A DNA stretch of 64,000 bases from Vicugna vicugna. Lineage: Eukaryota. The notes beneath the pieces were generated by a model. The model made no database searches, was not told where the DNA came from, and was given only the letters and a program-made list of their open reading frames with translations. Of the stretch, positions 10,167 through 23,386 are shown piece by piece; position 1 is the stretch's first letter; every line of letters starts with the position of its first letter. The position numbers were made by a program, and so were the translations under genes. The stretch covers positions 4,984,854 through 5,048,853 of the forward strand of contig MU058213.1 in the NCBI GenBank assembly GCA_013265495.1. The letters run 5' to 3'.

Positions 10167-11510
10167 AGATGGGTGTCCGGATAATCTCCTGCATCTCTGC
10201 CTGTTGAGATCTCATTATCTTCCATCAGACTTTCTAACAAGTATCAAGATCAGTGTCAGACCTTGTGGAAAGAATTTTGTAAAGGTACACAAAGGAAGCT
10301 ATGAAAGTAGCCCACTTTGAGAAGATAACTTTCATGTGCTTGAAAAGTTTAAAAATTGAATATTGTGCTTAATCACACTGTATTAAAGTTTTGCAGTATG
10401 TCATCTGTTGATCTGATATGTTAGTGTACACTAGAGCACATTTTTTTCTCTAAGCCAAATAAAAGCAGGTGACCAACCGCTTTTCTCTTTATTCTTACCT
10501 CTGTCAAGTAGCATTTATTACATGTCTTTCAGTGAATTATTAAGTTGTCCCAGGCCATCAACTACAATGAATTAGGAAGACACAGGCCCCTCCCTTTCTG
10601 AATAATGAAGGGAGCAACGTAGAGAATTTTGTGCATGTTTGCATGGGACATGCGGCGTTGGATGTGAGATACCAAGGAAGACGCTCAGAGAAGATTCTTA
10701 AGTGTTTGTTTCCTTCTTCTGTCTTTCCTTAGGAAGAATGTTTTCCTTCTGATTAGGAATAAAGAGTCCTTTTAGTTGATGCTGGAGGGTGGGTCTAGGT
10801 GACCAGATTTGCCTGGAGTAACATGAGCTGTAGGAAAAGCCCAAGATGACGGACGTAGGTGAAGGGAGAAGCGGTTCTCCTGCCTGGCCTGACTTGAGTT
10901 CATTGTACTAACAGATGATAGGTTCAGTTTGATAAGAAAACCAGTTTTTTTTTAAAGCTACAATTGGTTTGTTATCAGTATATTGCTTTCCCATGCAAAA
11001 AAGAGGGTTACATGAGCTGCAGAAACCTTAATCTCATATATATACACACATATGTAATTTTAAAGGATTATGTGGTTGTCTCCAGAGAAATTAACACGTA
11101 TGTTATCAAAGATTTCTTTGTCTAGTATGTTGGCGCCTTTAAACAGTGTTGAAAGGAAGAATAAAGTATTAATTACAGCAATTTCAAAATGCTAATGTGA
11201 TGTTTTAGTGGTGCTTAATTAAATCTAGCTTAACTTTAAAAGAACTTTTCATATACACCATCTGAATGAAAATACATTCCGGCCGCTGTACGTGTGATGG
11301 GAGGGGCTCAGTCCCATGGCCTGCACTTCGGGAGCGGCTCCTGCTTCCCAGCTCCCTTTTGCCCCCTCCCCGCAAAAAGCAAATGTGAAAGTACACTGAG
11401 GGAACAGTTTCATTAATTTTACTTTTAAAACTAATTGTAAATGATTTCATAACAAAGTTCTTTGCTGTTTCTTCTTTATAGAATAAAAATACATGTTATT
11501 TCTGGAAAGC
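10167..11510 (+). terminator. POLR2M 3' UTR with tandem polyadenylation signals
   Basis: AATAAA at 10458-10463, 10758-10763, 11160-11165 and 11482-11487; repeat-derived sequence begins shortly after the last; which signal is used cannot be read from the sequence. Confidence 0.6.
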
Positions 11511-11639
11511 TGGGTAACACGGGAGGGCTCCATGCACACTCACACAGTCCCCTGTAGTCCCACCTCCGGAGAGAGGGCCTCTGTTAGCATTCGGGCACGC
11601 GTACACGGACGGACTTTTCTCTGCATAGCTCTGCATTTA

Positions 11640-14007
11640 TATTTTCAGCAGTGTAATCATACTATGCATCAGTTAATAGTCTGCTCTATATATTGTAAAC
11701 ATTTTCACATACTAGAGATTCTGCATTTCAGATAGCTGCAGAATAACTTCCATTTTATGGGTGTATGTTAACTTTCAAAATTATCTTGTTTCACAGTTTG
11801 TTAATTATAATGCAACCTGAAAACAGGGATGCAATCAACATCCTAAAATGCCATCACAGCTGAATACAAGTGGTCTGTTTCCAAAAGGCACCTTCCTAGA
11901 AGGGACTTGCTGGTGAACACTTAAGTTTTTGAGACTTGATGTACATCACACACTCATGAAGATGGCCCCTTGGCATTCCCACTAGCCATAAAGGAAACTC
12001 CCAGAATCGCAAATTGCTATTTAAAATCTTTGCAAATTGAATAATTGTAGAAAAGGACTACCTTTGAAATGTGTGTTTTTTGATTATGAATGAAGGCTAA
12101 GTGTTTTTCATGTTTGTTGACTATTTACGTCCATGGTTTGAGCACTGCTTATTCATGCCCTCCTGTATTCTCTTGGAGAGTCTGCCATTTTTATTGGCTT
12201 AGAGGTTCTTTATGAATTAAGATGTCCATCTCTTGTTACATATTATTGTTTTTGTGTGTCACTTGCCTTTTAATACAATTGATGGTGTGTTTGGTGTAGA
12301 GCTTGTTTTCTTTAGGAGTCCACCTTCTCAGGGGTGTGAGAGCAAGCCTTTACTACCCCGAGGTTGGGTATGGATTTATCCTTCTTTTAGTCATTTTTAA
12401 AAATTCACTTTTATACTTATCTTTAATTCAAAAGGAAATTTTTAATCCATCTCAAATTTATTTGGGAATATTGCATGAGGTGAGATTTTAATTTTTTTAA
12501 ATTTAAACTGTAATGAGTGCTATCATAGAATTTTAAATTCCTATGTGTCTTTTGTATCTTGGCCCTGTTTCTGGGCCTTCTAGTTTTTCCCACACTAGTT
12601 TAATACTTACAGCTTTCATCAGTGTTAATATTTGGTAGTACGAGTTCTTGTTTTTTTAAATTTGGAGAAGTATTCAGAAAAGTACATAAAACAGATGTGC
12701 ACTTTAGTGGATAAAGCAGACAACTATGTAATGACAAACCAGGTGCAGAAAAGCTATTACCAGCACTTCCAGATTGCCCTGTGTGTCCCCTCTAGCCTCC
12801 CCTTTGTCCCCCAGAGGTGACTACTATCCCGATTTTATGGTCATACTTCCCCTTTTAAACGGTTTTACTGGCTATGTGTGCAGCTGGTTATGAGTCGCTA
12901 CTTTTGACTTATAAAAATGGAATCATACTGTATGTTGTGTCGGTGTCTTTCACTCAACATTGCTTATAAAATCCATGTCATGTGTTGTGTGATTTATTCA
13001 TTTTCACTGCTGTGTGATTTGCCATTTCATTGCTGTGATGTTTTCAGTCTTACGGGGCTGCAGTGTGCATCTTCGCACATGTAAACACGTGACTGTACGG
13101 TATTTACCTAGGAGTCTAACCGCTGGATTAGGAGGTAGGCATGTCGTTCACGTTTCATATCCCCCTACCCCCACTGTGTTATGAAGAGCTTCATTTCACT
13201 AACACCTGATACTGCCAGACTAATTTTAGCCAATGTGATTTTTTATAGAGATGTCTGTCATGGTTTTATTTTTGCATTTGCCTAATTAGGAATGGCATTG
13301 AGCATTTTATATGCTTACTGGTCACTGGATTTCTTCTTTTGAAAAGTGCCCATTCAAAACTTTTGTCTGTTTCTGATGTCTTCCTGTCAGCTGTTTTTTT
13401 CTCACTGATGTGTGTAGGATGCATTTTTTGATACTAGTCATCATTGAGTTATATTTTGTAAATATCTCTCCTTCTCTGATTACTTTTCATTCTTTTCATG
13501 GTTTTTGAATGAACAGAAATCCTTAATTTCAATGGCACATCTATCCATCTTTTCTTTTATGTTTAGTGTCTTTTGTATCTTGTTTTAAGGAGTCTTTCCC
13601 TATCCTGAAGTCATGAAAACATTATCTTTTAAATTTTTTTCATTTAAAAAGTGCTTTATAATTTTTGCCTTTCCCATTACATGGCATTTTGGACTCTTCC
13701 TGGCATGTATCTGTGGCTGTGCGAGGCAGGGTTCGTCTGGGCAGCCGCTCGTCCCAGCATCACATGGTGTACTTCCTCCGTACAGCAAGCATCTGTGTGT
13801 GCTCGCGTTGCTGCCTGCGTCTCTCTGTTTCTCCGTTCTGCTTGTCTGTTTGTGCTAATGCTACACCACTGTATTCATGATAGCTTTAGGATACGGCTGG
13901 AATCAAGCCTGCCATCATATTCTTCAAAAATGGCTTGCCTTTTTTTTTGACTGTTTTCATTTTTTTTATTTAAATAAATGTCAAACTCAGCTTGCCATGT
14001 TTCACAA

Positions 14008-14071
<64 letters not shown>

Positions 14072-14210
14072 TTATATATATATATATCTCCTTGGTAGTG
14101 CAGATCTCCACTTCAAAAAAAATGCCTGATATACTGTCAATTAACTTTCTATTTCTATGTTTGAGACTTAGGAGATAGGAGATTTAGAAACTTGCCATTT
14201 ATAAATGAAC
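11640..14210 (-). mobile_element. Cluster of old L1 (L1M/L1ME-like) fragments
   Basis: T-rich degenerate L1 antisense hallmarks such as ATAAAAATGGAATCATACTGTATG, TTTTGCATTTGCCTAATTAG, GAACAGAAATCCTTAATTT; boundaries approximate. Confidence 0.65.
14015..14087. repeat. Compound microsatellite (AT)~20(AC)~8 then (AT)n
   Basis: Directly visible dinucleotide runs. Confidence 0.95.
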
Positions 14211-14229
14211 TCACTCTTTCAACTAGGAT

Positions 14230-14786
14230 TGTTACAGCAGGCAGGTAGCTAGATATGAGCAGAGAAAGGGGGACACAGGCCAAACGGCAGGAAACCATAC
14301 ATCTTGTGAACAATGGGGGTCCTTGGACAGATCAAGAAAAGCAGGAACCTCTGGACTGATAAGAAGCCATACCGTCTGGGGTGACTAGTGTCCTGGAGGC
14401 AGGCTGGGAAAGATGGGACAAGACAGGACTTCCACCATCTGAGTGTAACCTTTCGCTCCTTATACCCCCCAACCAAATGTAACCTTTTGTTCTTTATGGC
14501 TTCATCTGACTTCCCCATCAAGACGAAATAAGGACAAAAATCCCTCCTCCCCGCCAAGAAAGGGGAGCTGGAATGAAGATCAGAAAGGACGACCCCGAGT
14601 TTCCCTGCCCACTCATTTTTACGTCCCTATAACCAGCTTGCCAAAGCAGCGCGCGGCTATCGGCCCGTTCTTCCCTTGAGAGAGTACTGCCTACCCCTTC
14701 ATAAATCCTTGCTTTGCTTTCTTGACCTCCGTGTCTCATTTCTGCATTCCTTCTGCAAGGAGACAAGAACCTCCTCCCCGACAACA
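14230..14786 (+). mobile_element. Intact solo ERV1-class LTR (557 bp)
   Basis: Inverted termini TGTT...AACA; exact 4-bp TSD GGAT (14226-14229, 14787-14790); TATAA at 14628-14632; polyA-like CATAAA at 14700-14705; retained CpGs. Confidence 0.88.
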
Positions 14787-16723
14787 GGATGACTATTTTC
14801 AGTCTATTCAAGTCAAACAGAAAACTCAGAACACTGTTGTAGTGTGAATACCTAAAGCACTGTGTAGTCTTGATTGAGAAGCGTTAGCAAGTAAGGTAGA
14901 ATTTTAGAAAAATACTGAATTTAGGTTTAAACCAGGAAAATGGAGTGAATCTGCAGTCGTGAACTTGTCCTTCAATTCTCAATGGGGGAAGAAAGTTAGG
15001 TGCTGAAGTTTGGAGCTTAACCTGATCTGTGGAAGATGTTATGAGGCTTAATCTTGTTAAATAATAGTTATCTACAGGGTAATTTTCATTTCATAGGACC
15101 TGTCTCTAATTAACAGCACATTCTCTGGGGAGCCAGGAGCTGTGAGTCAAGGTGGAAGGCAGGTAGCTTGTGGGACTATCTCGACTTCCTGTAACCGGGA
15201 TGTTGGAGTGATTTGCTCAAGGGCACTCAGGCAGCCAAGAAGAGATCCAGTACTCAAGATTTCTGGGCACCGGACCACATGGCCTTGCACACGAATACCA
15301 CAAATCAAGGTTGCATTTGGGCTTTAAAAAGTGCTAATGCTAGGCAAAAGCTCAGGTTACTCTGAGGGCATCTGTCAGATCGCTAAGAGAAACTTATACT
15401 ACAAAAGAGCTTTTTTCCTTCTGATAATTTTTGTATTCGGGACGTTTTCTTTTTCATCATCTTAGAACTAGGTGACCATGTTGGCCCCCGCTGGTGTCTT
15501 CCCCCTTCCCTCCTCAGTTGGTAGTTGGCTGCATAAGCCATTTTAGGAGAAGAGATCCAAGGGAAGGGGCCATCAGGTATCATGGGCTTTATTCCAAGGA
15601 CCACGTCTAATCCGGCAGTTTACCCTTTGCCGGCCTCATGACAATTTGTAACACTAAAAGAACGTAGTTGTTAGGGTAAAAAAAAAAAGATTCTGTCTTT
15701 GACGGGCCAAGTCGAGAGTGCCTGTACTAAATAAATGAAAGGATTACGTGTCCGGCTTTTATGAGGAGCATATAGAGTCATCTATGGAATAGGGCAAATT
15801 GCGTTTCTGACTAGCTCTTTGACAGGGAGGAGAAACGTCAAGCTATTATTTTAATTTCTGGCTAAAGTGAGGAAGCTTTGATACAGGGCCGATGAAATAA
15901 ACCTCGTGTCGGGTAAAACTGAACTAGAGCCAGACCACAAATCAGAAGCGATTCTGAAAGTACAGCCTAAAAGCCTGAACAATTAAATATGATCTATTAC
16001 TTCCCAGATGATTTTAGAAAACTTGGAATCAAAAAAGGCGAAAAAGAGGGTAAGCCACTGGAATAGCATTAGATTATTAGATTTAGGATTTAAATGCCAC
16101 TATTTCCTTTGAATCCAGTGGGAAGTTATGCACTCTCCTGACTATTAAGTCTGCAAGAGGAGGTCAGCGACCCCTTATCTAATGTATGGGGTATGTTTGG
16201 AGAGAACAAAATTTCAAAGTGTGGTCTTTATAGAACACTTTGAGGTCGGAGAGAGATTCTATATGAAAACCTTATTGTAACGATGGTAACAATTATGATT
16301 GAAGTAGTTTAAGAGGTACCTTTTGGCATCCGAAGTAAAATGTTTTTAAAATCATCACCATATGACGCTTTTAATTTAGTGTTAAAATTAACTGAGAACA
16401 ATAGAGACTCCCTAAAAAAGCTATTTTGACAAGGGGAAATTAGGACATTGAGCTAAGGAGAGACCCGGCTTCGTATGGAAAAACTTCCCATTATTAAGGC
16501 AAAAGAATGAGAGTTGTAAATCAAATCCTTACTCAGAGCTTACAGAAAAGTTCTTTGAAAGACGGAGACTCAGCTTGGTACTTATAAACTCTGTCTGAAA
16601 ATATTGCTAGTAAATACATCAGGTCTCTTAATCAGTCCCACATATATGTGTACTGAATTAAATAGCTCTTCTAGTGATGGGGTTGTAAAAATGAAAGCAC
16701 ATCTCCTATTGATTATTTAGATT

Positions 16724-16798
16724 CTTTTTTTTAATGGAGGTACTGGGGATTGAACCTAGGACCTTGTGCATGCTAAGCATGTGCTATGCCCACCACAC
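16724..16798 (-). mobile_element. 5'-truncated tRNA-Ala-derived SINE (camelid Vic-1 type)
   Basis: Minus strand reads ...CATGCTTAGCATGCACAAGGTCCTAGGTTCAATCCCCAGTACCTCCA plus an A tail; TSD TATTTAGATT at 16714-16723 and 16799-16808. Confidence 0.85.
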
Positions 16799-17581
16799 TA
16801 TTTAGATTTTTAATAAAGATTTCTTCTCTTCTTCAGCTACGTTTAGCAGGGTCAAAATGAACCACACTGGGAAACTGACTGGCAACAGAAGGCAAATAAT
16901 ATCTCAAATTAGCATCTTTAGTTCTTAGGGAAGGAAGGGAGCTTAGATATTATTTTCCACATCCTATAAATGGGGAAATTGCGGCACAGAGAAGCATAGA
17001 GACTTGCCTGTGGTGCAGCCGATTCTGACAGAGCCAGCTCTTTCTGCCCTAGCTTGTTTGCCTAATGTGAAGTCCACTTATAATAATTCCTTAGCACATT
17101 TTTACAAAATTCCAGAAAGAGCACAGTGCCAGAAATCTGTTTTCTAATTTTAAAACTCTAGAAATATTTAATTTCCTTAGATATTCTTAACTATAGCAAC
17201 TAGGTTCAATGACTATAATTTTCTTGAAATAAAAATGGTAATGTATCAAAAATAAATTAGAACAGACAACGTACTTCTTGTTATTATAAGTGTGACCCGA
17301 TTTTTTCTTTCCACTGCCTAGCCTTCTGTTTTGAACGTCCCCGCTTTCACAACGCCTCTTCGTTTAGTCGTCAGCAGGCTGACTTTGGTCAGCTCACCAA
17401 AGGCTCTCACCAGTCCTTCTGAGAGATCTCAGTCTTGTATCACCCTCTGAAGGTGTCAGGGGTCTTGGGTTTGAATATCATTGCTGGTTAGTCAGCACCA
17501 TTAATCAAAATTCCAGGAAGTCTAATGGCTTCTGTGAAGCATTTGGACTTCAGCGGAGTAATGCTTCTTTGAGAATTCTTC

Positions 17582-17900
17582 TTTTTTTAAATTGAGGTAT
17601 AACTGACATAACATTAGTTTTGAGTGTACAACATAATGATTCACTATTTGAATACATTATGAAAGGATCACCACTTTAAGTCTAGTTACCATCCGTCTCC
17701 ATACGTAGTTACAAAAATTTGCGTGTTTGATGAGAACTTTTAAGATTTATTCTTAGCAACTTTCAAATATGCAATACAGCATTGTTAACTATAGTGGCCA
17801 TGCTATGCATTACGTCCCCGTGGTTTTTTATGGTTTATTTATTTTATAAATGGAATTTTGTATCTTTTTGACTCCCTTCACCTATTTAATCCCCCTGCCC
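17582..17900 (-). mobile_element. L1 3' end (L1MA9-like)
   Basis: T tail then AATTGAGGTATAACTGACATAACATT...GAGAACTTTTAAGAT...CTTAGCAACTTTCAAATATGCAATACAG...TTAACTATAGT. Confidence 0.8.
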
Positions 17901-18469
17901 CTTAAATTCCATTTGAATTAGTATGTTAGTGAAGCGTCTGTGACTACACTAACGAGCAAACTAAATTTTGTCCCTCTGGATTGTTACCTTTCTCTCTCTC
18001 TCTGGGACCAAGGAGGATTTCTCAGAGCTTCCTGGGTCTTCCTGCTCTGCCCTTGGCAATGACCTCAGTGTTCTGAACCATTTCCTCTGTATAAAAGTTT
18101 CTCTTAAAATGGAAAATCTCAGAATAGGGCAAATTGCGTTCCTCCAGTCTATGGCTGCCATGATTTCCTCTGGGAGAAAATCTGTTTATCCGTCAGAGTT
18201 CTATGTGAGAATGCACATTATCTGGAAGGTAGCCAAACATCAGCGAACTCATTAGTTAATCTCTCCCTGGATATCAGTTTACTAGATGACTTTTTCTTGA
18301 AGGGAAGTGGAGCTTAAGGAAGGGGAGATGGAACAGGCAAGTTTTGAGGAGAAGGAGGGTGGAGAGGAAATGAGAATGGAGGAGAAGGACAAGGATGGGA
18401 AGGAGGCCTGGATGGACCCTGAACAGCACAAGGACAGCAAGGAAACATAACTTGTGAGAGTGGTCCATC

Positions 18470-19745
18470 TCAGTGTCCTCAGTCCCTCCCATTTTCTCTT
18501 GAACCCACCCTAATCTCAAGTGTTTGCCCCCAGTATTGTCCCTAGAAAGCTTGTGTCAAGCCCATCAAGGGCTTTCATGTTGCTCAGTTCAGTAGTTAGT
18601 TCTCAGTTCTGCTGCTTCTTGACCCTTTGGAGAATTTGGCATAGTTGATCCTCTCCCACTTTTCTGGAAACACTTTTGTTCTTAGTTTCTGGAACACACC
18701 ACTTTCTCTTGGAAGCACTTCATGACTGCTTGCTCTTGTCTCCTTTGCAGGTTTATTCTTACCCTCCCAGTCACGAAACACAAATGCCCAGCGATCTCTC
18801 CTTGAACCTCTTCTCCACCTATGCTCACTCCTCTGGTGACCTCATCCAGCCCTGCAGTCTTACATCCTGCTGGTACATGAGGACTCCCAAGCTCCTCCCT
18901 CCAGCTCTGACTTGCAGAGTCACATTCAGCTGCAGCAAGTGTGCTCTGAGGCCGGGCTCTCAGACTAGGAATCAGGATGTGTCGGCGGTGGTGGCGGCAG
19001 CAGAGTTCTTGCTCGGCTATTAACAAAACAGATATTCTTGGCTAAGTCACTTCTTGGGATTGGAGTGTTCCAGTTTCTAAAATGAGGGACTTGGAACAAA
19101 TTAGCATCTCCCAAAATGTATGTCTTCAAACAGAAGTCCTGAGGAAAATGGGATTTGGTGGTCAAATGAGCTCCCATGCTGTTGTCTGGATGGTGGCTGG
19201 GGCCTCCGACCTCACCCTGGCCCATGTCACAGAGGCTTCCGCCACAGCAGCCAAAGTAAGTTTTTAAAGACATCATCAGATCGGGTCATTTTTCTGCCCC
19301 AAACCCTCCAGGGGCTCCTATCTCGCTCAGAATAAAAGCTAAATTCTTTTTGTGCTAATAATGACCTACACAACCCTGGTGGCCCCACCCTGGGTACATG
19401 ACAGTGGCGTCCGAGCTCCCCAGCGTCCTTGCTGTGGCTATAACGTGCAGAGAACGTGCCCACCTAAGGGCCTTCGCGCAGCTGTTCTCTCTGCCTTGAG
19501 TGATATTCCCCGACACCTGACCCCTCATTTCCTACAAGTATCTATCCACAGGTCTCCAAATCAGGGGCGCCAGTGAATATAAAATAACCCCCCTTAGCTG
19601 GTTTTATTTTTCTCCACAGCATTGTGCATTTCCCTGTTTATGGCCTGACTTCCCCCACTACAATGAAGTTAGGAATTTTTTTGGTTTTGTTTATTGCTGT
19701 ATCCCCAGAGGCCTCGAGCAATGCCAGACATAGCCGGCACGCAGT
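18470..19745 (+). mobile_element. L2 LINE fragments
   Basis: Degenerate L2 blocks (CAGTTCTCAGTTC...CTTGACC, CTCTGGTGACCTCATCCAG, CTCAGAATAAAAGCTAAATT, TTTATTGCTGTATCCCCAG); interrupted. Confidence 0.6.
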
Positions 19746-21664
19746 AACACCTTGATAACCGAACAAGGGAGCGAAGGAGCAGATGGCCGGGGGTGGCTGG
19801 AGAGCCGCCTCTGCCCTGCCCATGGGGACCCCCGCGCTCCCGTGTGCGGTCCTGATGCCCGACACCCAGGGGGCCATGTGCTGCGGAGGCCACAGCTTCA
19901 CATCTGTGGTCTCTCTTACTTCTCTTACATGTCCTGGGAGGGATGTATTACCATTCCAGCGTTTTCCAGAGAAGGAAACAGAGGGTCACGAGGGAGTGGC
20001 TTTCTCAAGGTCGCACGCTATTAAGACCTACATCTGTTTTAGTCTAAGTGCAGTGCCCCTTTCAATTTCCCATGCTGCCTTTGCTATTGGCTTGAGTTCC
20101 AGACAGCCAGTGCCTGGCTTTGCCGGGGGGCGGGCAAGGAAGGGGCAGTGGAGAAGCCTTACACTGCCCGGGTGGAGCCTCCCCCTGGTCCTGACAGCAG
20201 GGCTGGGACACGCCGTGCCTCTCACAGAGGTTTGCCTTGATTAGATGAGACAGCAGGGGGAAAAGCATGAGGACGGCCCAGGCGACAGCCCTTCTCTGGC
20301 TCTTTCGTTTCAAGGGCTTTGATTCCACCCCCTCCGGCCACTGCCTCCCCCGGCAGCTCAGCCCCGCCACTTACTCCCCGGTCACATTACTTAAGGGCTC
20401 TAAGCTTCTTCATCTGAAAAGCGGGACTGGTAAGAACAGGGTCACCATCATGGGCTCGTGGTGCGGATAAGATAGTCCTAAGTTTACAGCAACTGTTAGC
20501 TGTTGTTCTTCCCGCATCCAGCCTGTCCCTCAGAGGAGAGCTCGCTCCACACACGGCCAGCCCTCCACCCTCTGAGAACACAAGAGCCAGGCTGCCTGCC
20601 TGGAGCCCTCCCATGGCGCCTGGCTTTGCCCCTCAGTCCTCAAGAGGGATTCTAATTTCACACGTCACAGAAGCAGCAGCATTCAAAGACAGAGAACTAG
20701 ACATTTCTTCAGTGATGGGGTGGTTCTATCACACTGTAGATCCTAAGGCTGGGAGCCAGGGTGGAGGAACAAGGTTCCAGGCAGAAGGCCACTTTGAAGG
20801 GATGACAACATAAACATTCAGCTTTGGACTTGAACCTGTGGGGATCCTTGCTGACCTGTCTAGTGGGCTGTTGGAAAAGTAAGCCTAACCCTTGGGAAAT
20901 AGTTCAGGACTGGAGACCAAAGAGGAGGCCCCTCCACATGGAAGGTGGTTGGAGCCCACAGCGTCGAGGCGAGGGAGAGCACAGAGCAGGAGGAGAGAGG
21001 ACCAGAGACAGAACCACGGGAAGCACAGTAGAGGGTGGGCTGGGGCAGGCAGACAGGCAGCAGCCTCGAAGTGGATTCAAATCCTGCCCTCACAGAGCTT
21101 ATAGAGCTGCCACACGCATAAATGATTCTTGCCCAAAGTATACAGGTGATGAGGAGAGACCAAGGACCTCCCAGGTGTGGGGGCCAGGAAGACTCTGTGA
21201 AGGAGGGAGTTTGAACTAGGCTTTGACTCACAGGTGGGGTGTGGACTGTGGGAAGGGGAGACGGTTAGACGCAGCGTTAGCAAAGGCCAGGAGGCTGGGA
21301 ACTCAGGATGTCTGGGAAACCCTGAGGAGGTGGACAGTATCTAGCCAGAAGAACTCATGGAATAATGCAGAATTGGATTTGAATTCAAAAGCATTAAAAA
21401 AAATACATGAGTCACAGATTGAAATTTGGGGAGCCTTTCAAATGAACACTACGGCTGCAGATGCTGAGATGGAGATTACTGTGCAGGACATCAATGAGGG
21501 GGCCTCCTGGAAGGAGCACCTGTGGGAGGGAAGAGACAGACGCGGGGTCAGGTGTGGGGGAAGGTGGGACATGCTGAGGCCTCACCAAAGGCCTCAGGTG
21601 GCCTCCCAGGGAACTAGGCATTTGGATGGCCCTGTAGAGCAGTTTCCCTATGGGGGGGTGGGGG

Positions 21665-22110
21665 TCTAGAGGGTTAAACAGTGGTCACAAAAAGATATGT
21701 CCACTTTCTGTCCCTTGGGACCTGTGACCTGATTTGCAAATGCAATTAAGGATCCTGAGATGTGCTCATACTGCGTTTAGCGTGAGCCCTAAATTCAATG
21801 ACCAGGGTCCTCATTAGAGAAAGAGAAGGAGATTCGACACCCAGACACGCAGGGGAGAAGGCTCCGTGAAGATAAAAGTGGAGACTGGACTGACACATCT
21901 ATAAGCCAAGGAGCACCAAGGACTGCCTGCAGCGCCAGGGGCTAGGAGAGAGACCTGGAACATTCTCCTTCAGAGCCTCCGGCAGAACTGACTTGGTGAC
22001 ATCTTGATTTCAGGCTTGCGGTCTCCAGAACCGTTAGAGAATAACCTTCTGTTGTTTTCAGCCACCCGGTTCATAGTGATGAGTTACGGCAGCCCTGGGA
22101 CACGAGCACA
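21665..22110 (+). mobile_element. MaLR LTR (MLT1B/C-like)
   Basis: AAAAGATATGTCCAC...GCCCTAAATTCAATGAC...AAGCCAAGGAGCACCAAGGA...TCTCCAGAACCG..AGAGAATAA..TTCTGTTGTTTT.AGCCACCC...TTACGGCAGCCC. Confidence 0.85.
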
Positions 22111-22319
22111 GGGGGCCAGGGCTTCTTACCATACCTGATCGGTTACTGGGTGTGGGCCCCCCTGGACTGGAGCCTGGGCTTAGGTGAGCCTGTTTTCTGC
22201 AGCAGGAGCAGTCCCCTTAGAGGGCTGACAGCTGCGGGCCCTCGTCTGAGAGCACTCCCAGCACCCTGGGGAAGACGGCTTTCATTCCTGGGGAGCATCT
22301 GGACAATGCGTTATAGCAG

Positions 22320-22600
22320 CCACATCTCTGCCCCTCAGTTTTCCCATCTACATAATGGGAATAACACTAGGACCTATCTCATAAGGTTGCTGGGGTATGA
22401 AATGAGGTGATAGTCCTAGTAGCTGACACTTAATTGAGCGCTTACTGTAAATGTGCGGCACACCTGTGCCTGAGTTCATACTTGAATGTTGCCCGGCACA
22501 TATAAGCATCACCCAGGAAACAGAAGCTACCCTCGTAGAGGGTGTTTTCCAGGGTCGCACAGCTGCCAGATCAAAACCCAGATTTCCCGACTCTTGGGCG
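22320..22600. mobile_element. Adjacent MIR fragments
   Basis: CCTCAGTTTTCCCATCT...ACCTATCTCATAAGGTTG followed by an opposite-orientation MIR-like segment. Confidence 0.55.
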
Positions 22601-23282
22601 AACCCTTCTGTCTGTAATAGGCACTCTCTCCGCAGGGGCCTCAGCAGGTCTTTTCATGACATGAATAGTATTTTCATGCAGTGAAATAAAATCTGTGCTT
22701 CACACAAAAGAAAGGTTCTTCTGCCTTGTCATCTGAAGGGAAGAGCTCTGAGTTGTCTGAAATTCACTCACACTCTCACAGGCAGACTCCGTGTGACCAA
22801 AGACATTAATTCGCGAGACAGGCTGGGGCCGGAGGGGCAGCTGGGGCTGGGCCCGGGTCCCTGCTGCCTCCAGCTAATTGGCCCCGCGGGCCCCGCTCCC
22901 AGCATCTGCTGACAAGGCATTCCTGAGATGTGGGGAGAGGCCAGACACTATCGTTTTAAAGAGGACAAAGTGAAGGACAGAGAGATTAGCCGATTTGCCC
23001 TCTTAATTATGTGGTGAGCTAGAGACGGAGCCAAGAATTGAATCCAGATTTCTCAAGTCCCAGATGCGCTTTTTCATCAGCGGGTCCTGCCACATTCCTT
23101 CCCGCGGAACTGCCCCCTCTCTGTGTCCCAGAAACACATACCTGGGTTGAGAGCTGGGTGTTCCAGCTCTCCTTGCATTATACTGATTTTTTGAAAAGAA
23201 AGAAAGAGAAAGTTCTTACCCTTGATAATGGTCCCTTAATTAAGAATAGCATAGATGACGCATAGATTGCTTAAATGCTCTT

Positions 23283-23386
23283 TTTTAAGAAAGTGAAGTA
23301 TAGTCAGTTACAGTATGTCAAATTCTGCTCTACAGCATAATGTCCCAGTCATGCATATATGTGCATATATTTGTTTTCATAGTCTC
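23283..23386 (-). mobile_element. Very short 5'-truncated L1 3' end with long TSD
   Basis: TGAAGTATAGTCAGTTACAG...CATATATTTGTTTTCATA flanked by AGATTG(C/T)TTAAATGCTCTT at 23264-23282 and 23387-23405. Confidence 0.8.

Noticed and set aside
16849..16863. IR3 nuclear-receptor element GGGTCA-aaa-TGAACC
   Set aside because: Single imperfect match, expected by chance in 64 kb; I also found no convincing DR5 retinoic acid element by eye
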